A stretch of DNA of 63,340 nt, counting the filler, from Cercozoa sp. M6MM (taxonomy: Eukaryota > Protista > Endomyxa: Ascetosporea), in NCBI GenBank assembly GCA_040357565.1. It is 12 parts of 12 records of this genome, joined end to end, with 100 filler letters (N's around TTAATTAATTAA, not from the genome) between each part and the next. Parts side by side here need not be neighbours in the genome. Positions count along the whole stretch, not along the records: positions 61,757 to 63,340 come from JBDODJ010001987.1; 11 more parts are not named here. One strand, written 5' to 3'. Under the pieces are notes generated by a model. The model searched no databases and was not told the origin of the DNA. It saw only the letters and a program-made list of their open reading frames with translations. A program made the translations under genes and the position numbers. Position 1 is the stretch's first letter. Each line of letters starts with the position of its first letter. Below are positions 61,757 through 63,340 of the stretch, piece after piece.

Positions 61757-63340
61757 GCCACTAATCCTACCGCCATATAGTAACGAACGCCTTGTGGTGA
61801 CACGTACGGCACAATCGCAACAGCAGTCATACGAACAACAACAACAGTCGCATGAACAACTGCAGCAGCAACAACGCACACACAGTCAGCCGGGACATGC
61901 AACGGCGCACTACAGCAGCGGCAGCGGCAGCGGCACCAGTCGCAACCACAGCGCGCACAACAGCTGCAGTGGCCTCGCCAGTCAGCGCGGCGCCGTCGCT
62001 GGCACCTCTGGCGGTACTACCTCTTGGATCTCTTCCCGCCCTTACCCCCTCCCTGGTTTACCCCTGGTTTACCCCCCCCCCCCCTTATGTGTGTTGTATG
62101 GTAGGAGTGAGTGCGCGGCAGGTGGCAGGAGACGCGCCGCTGGCCGTATCGCCCTTGTGGCACATCGACGCCGTCGAAGGGTAGGTCCTGTCTTGTGCTC
62201 CTACCCTTTATTACTCCCTCCCCTACCTCTCTTACCCCTTACCCCTTACCCCCACCCTCTTACCCCTTACCCCTTACCCCGCCCCTCTTACCCCTTACAT
62301 CCCGCTCTTTCCCACCGCGTAGTACCGAACTGGCGGACCATCCCGACGAAGGCGAGCGGGTACAGCGCGTTTCCAATTCTGTATGTGACATGTGTGATAC
62401 GCGCGGATGTTCATAGGAAGGTGACCGTGTGGACAGGTGGCACTACAGCGACATTGCCGGTGCTCACTTTCCCACTTCTTTCCCCCCCCCCCCCCTTACC
62501 CCCATCCTTGTCTCTACGCAGGTGTCCTGAAGCGTCGCTATCAGTTGCAGTCGCTGGCACTCGAAGTCTTCCTGCGCGATGGCTCCACTACTTGTACCGT
62601 TGAACCTTACGCCCCCCCCCCCCCCCCTACCATTATCCCTTCCGTAGTGCTGGTGCTTGCTTCGCCACGTCGACGCAACGAATTCTACCGCAAGCTGATG
62701 TCGCTGCCACTGGCTGATGCTGCATGTACTTCATACTCTCTTTCCCCCTACTCTCCTATCCCTACCCCTACCCCTACCCCTGGCCTCAACTATCTTACCT
62801 TTACCCCCTCCCCCCTTCAGTCGATGTGCTGCTGCGCGATGGACGCGTGGCACTTGGCGCCGCTCGGCAACGCTCGCGTCGCGTAACTGTCGTGCCTGCT
62901 GCTGTATTTGGCCCACTCTCATCCCCCTACCCACCTGTCATTTCCCTTTTACTCCACTGTGTATGACAGGCGACCGACACTGACTCGGACGAGAGTGAGC
63001 AGCCTGCAGCTGTACACGTGTCCCTGTGCATGTGGTACCACCTGTGTGCCTTTGACCCAGAGACACATGCACGTAGGTCAAGTACGCGGCACGCCTCCTG
63101 TCGGCACGCCGGTGTGCACACGCGCCGCACCACGGCGGCGGCACTGCGCAGGCACGCACACTGGCCACGGCACTGGTAGGCGCCTTATCTAGGCCCTTGT
63201 ACAGGCCCCGTGCACAGCGACCCTGGATGTGTCCACCATGTGACTGCGTGTGTGTGTGTGTGCATGTGTGTGCGTGCATGTGTGTGTGTGCACGTGCATG
63301 TGTGTGTGCACGTGCATGTGTGTGTGTGTGTGTGTGTGTG
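61757..63340 (+). CDS. BEACH-domain family protein, PH_BEACH region (partial)
   Basis: RWHYSDIA|GVLKRRYQLQSLALEVFLRDGSTT|LLVLASPRRRNEFYRKL is the PH domain that precedes BEACH. Confidence 0.8.

Overview
This is eukaryotic (protist-like) nuclear DNA, not one locus. About 12 contigs are joined by artificial 100-nt N..TTAATTAATTAA..N spacers, so adjacency across spacers means nothing. Host genes are densely packed and split by many short GT-AG introns with very weak donor sites. Many introns are filled with TACCCC, TA or CA repeats. After manual splicing the recognisable genes are: a tandem Venus-flytrap (ANF-receptor) protein, FKBP, RPB4, the REV1 BRCT N-terminus, a FUSC/ALMT-like transporter, mitochondrial-type bL36, aspartate aminotransferase, UAP1, a SNF2 helicase, an RGS protein, a PKA regulatory subunit, a MAU2/SCC4-like protein, a PHD-finger protein and a PH-BEACH protein. 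Two objects stand out. (1) A 2.9-kb intronless tyrosine-recombinase retroelement (38639-41576) with RT-RNase H plus YR, no gag visible and an atypical MADN catalytic motif. It is bracketed by a 33-bp direct repeat that closes a similar hairpin around a different 20-24-nt insert at each end. (2) A highly self-complementary segment of about 560 bp (47436-48023) carrying a 52-nt piece of 18S rRNA, whose 3' 13 nt recur 126 bp downstream inside the last codons of the SNF2 gene. All protein calls are by motif recognition, and exon boundaries are approximate.
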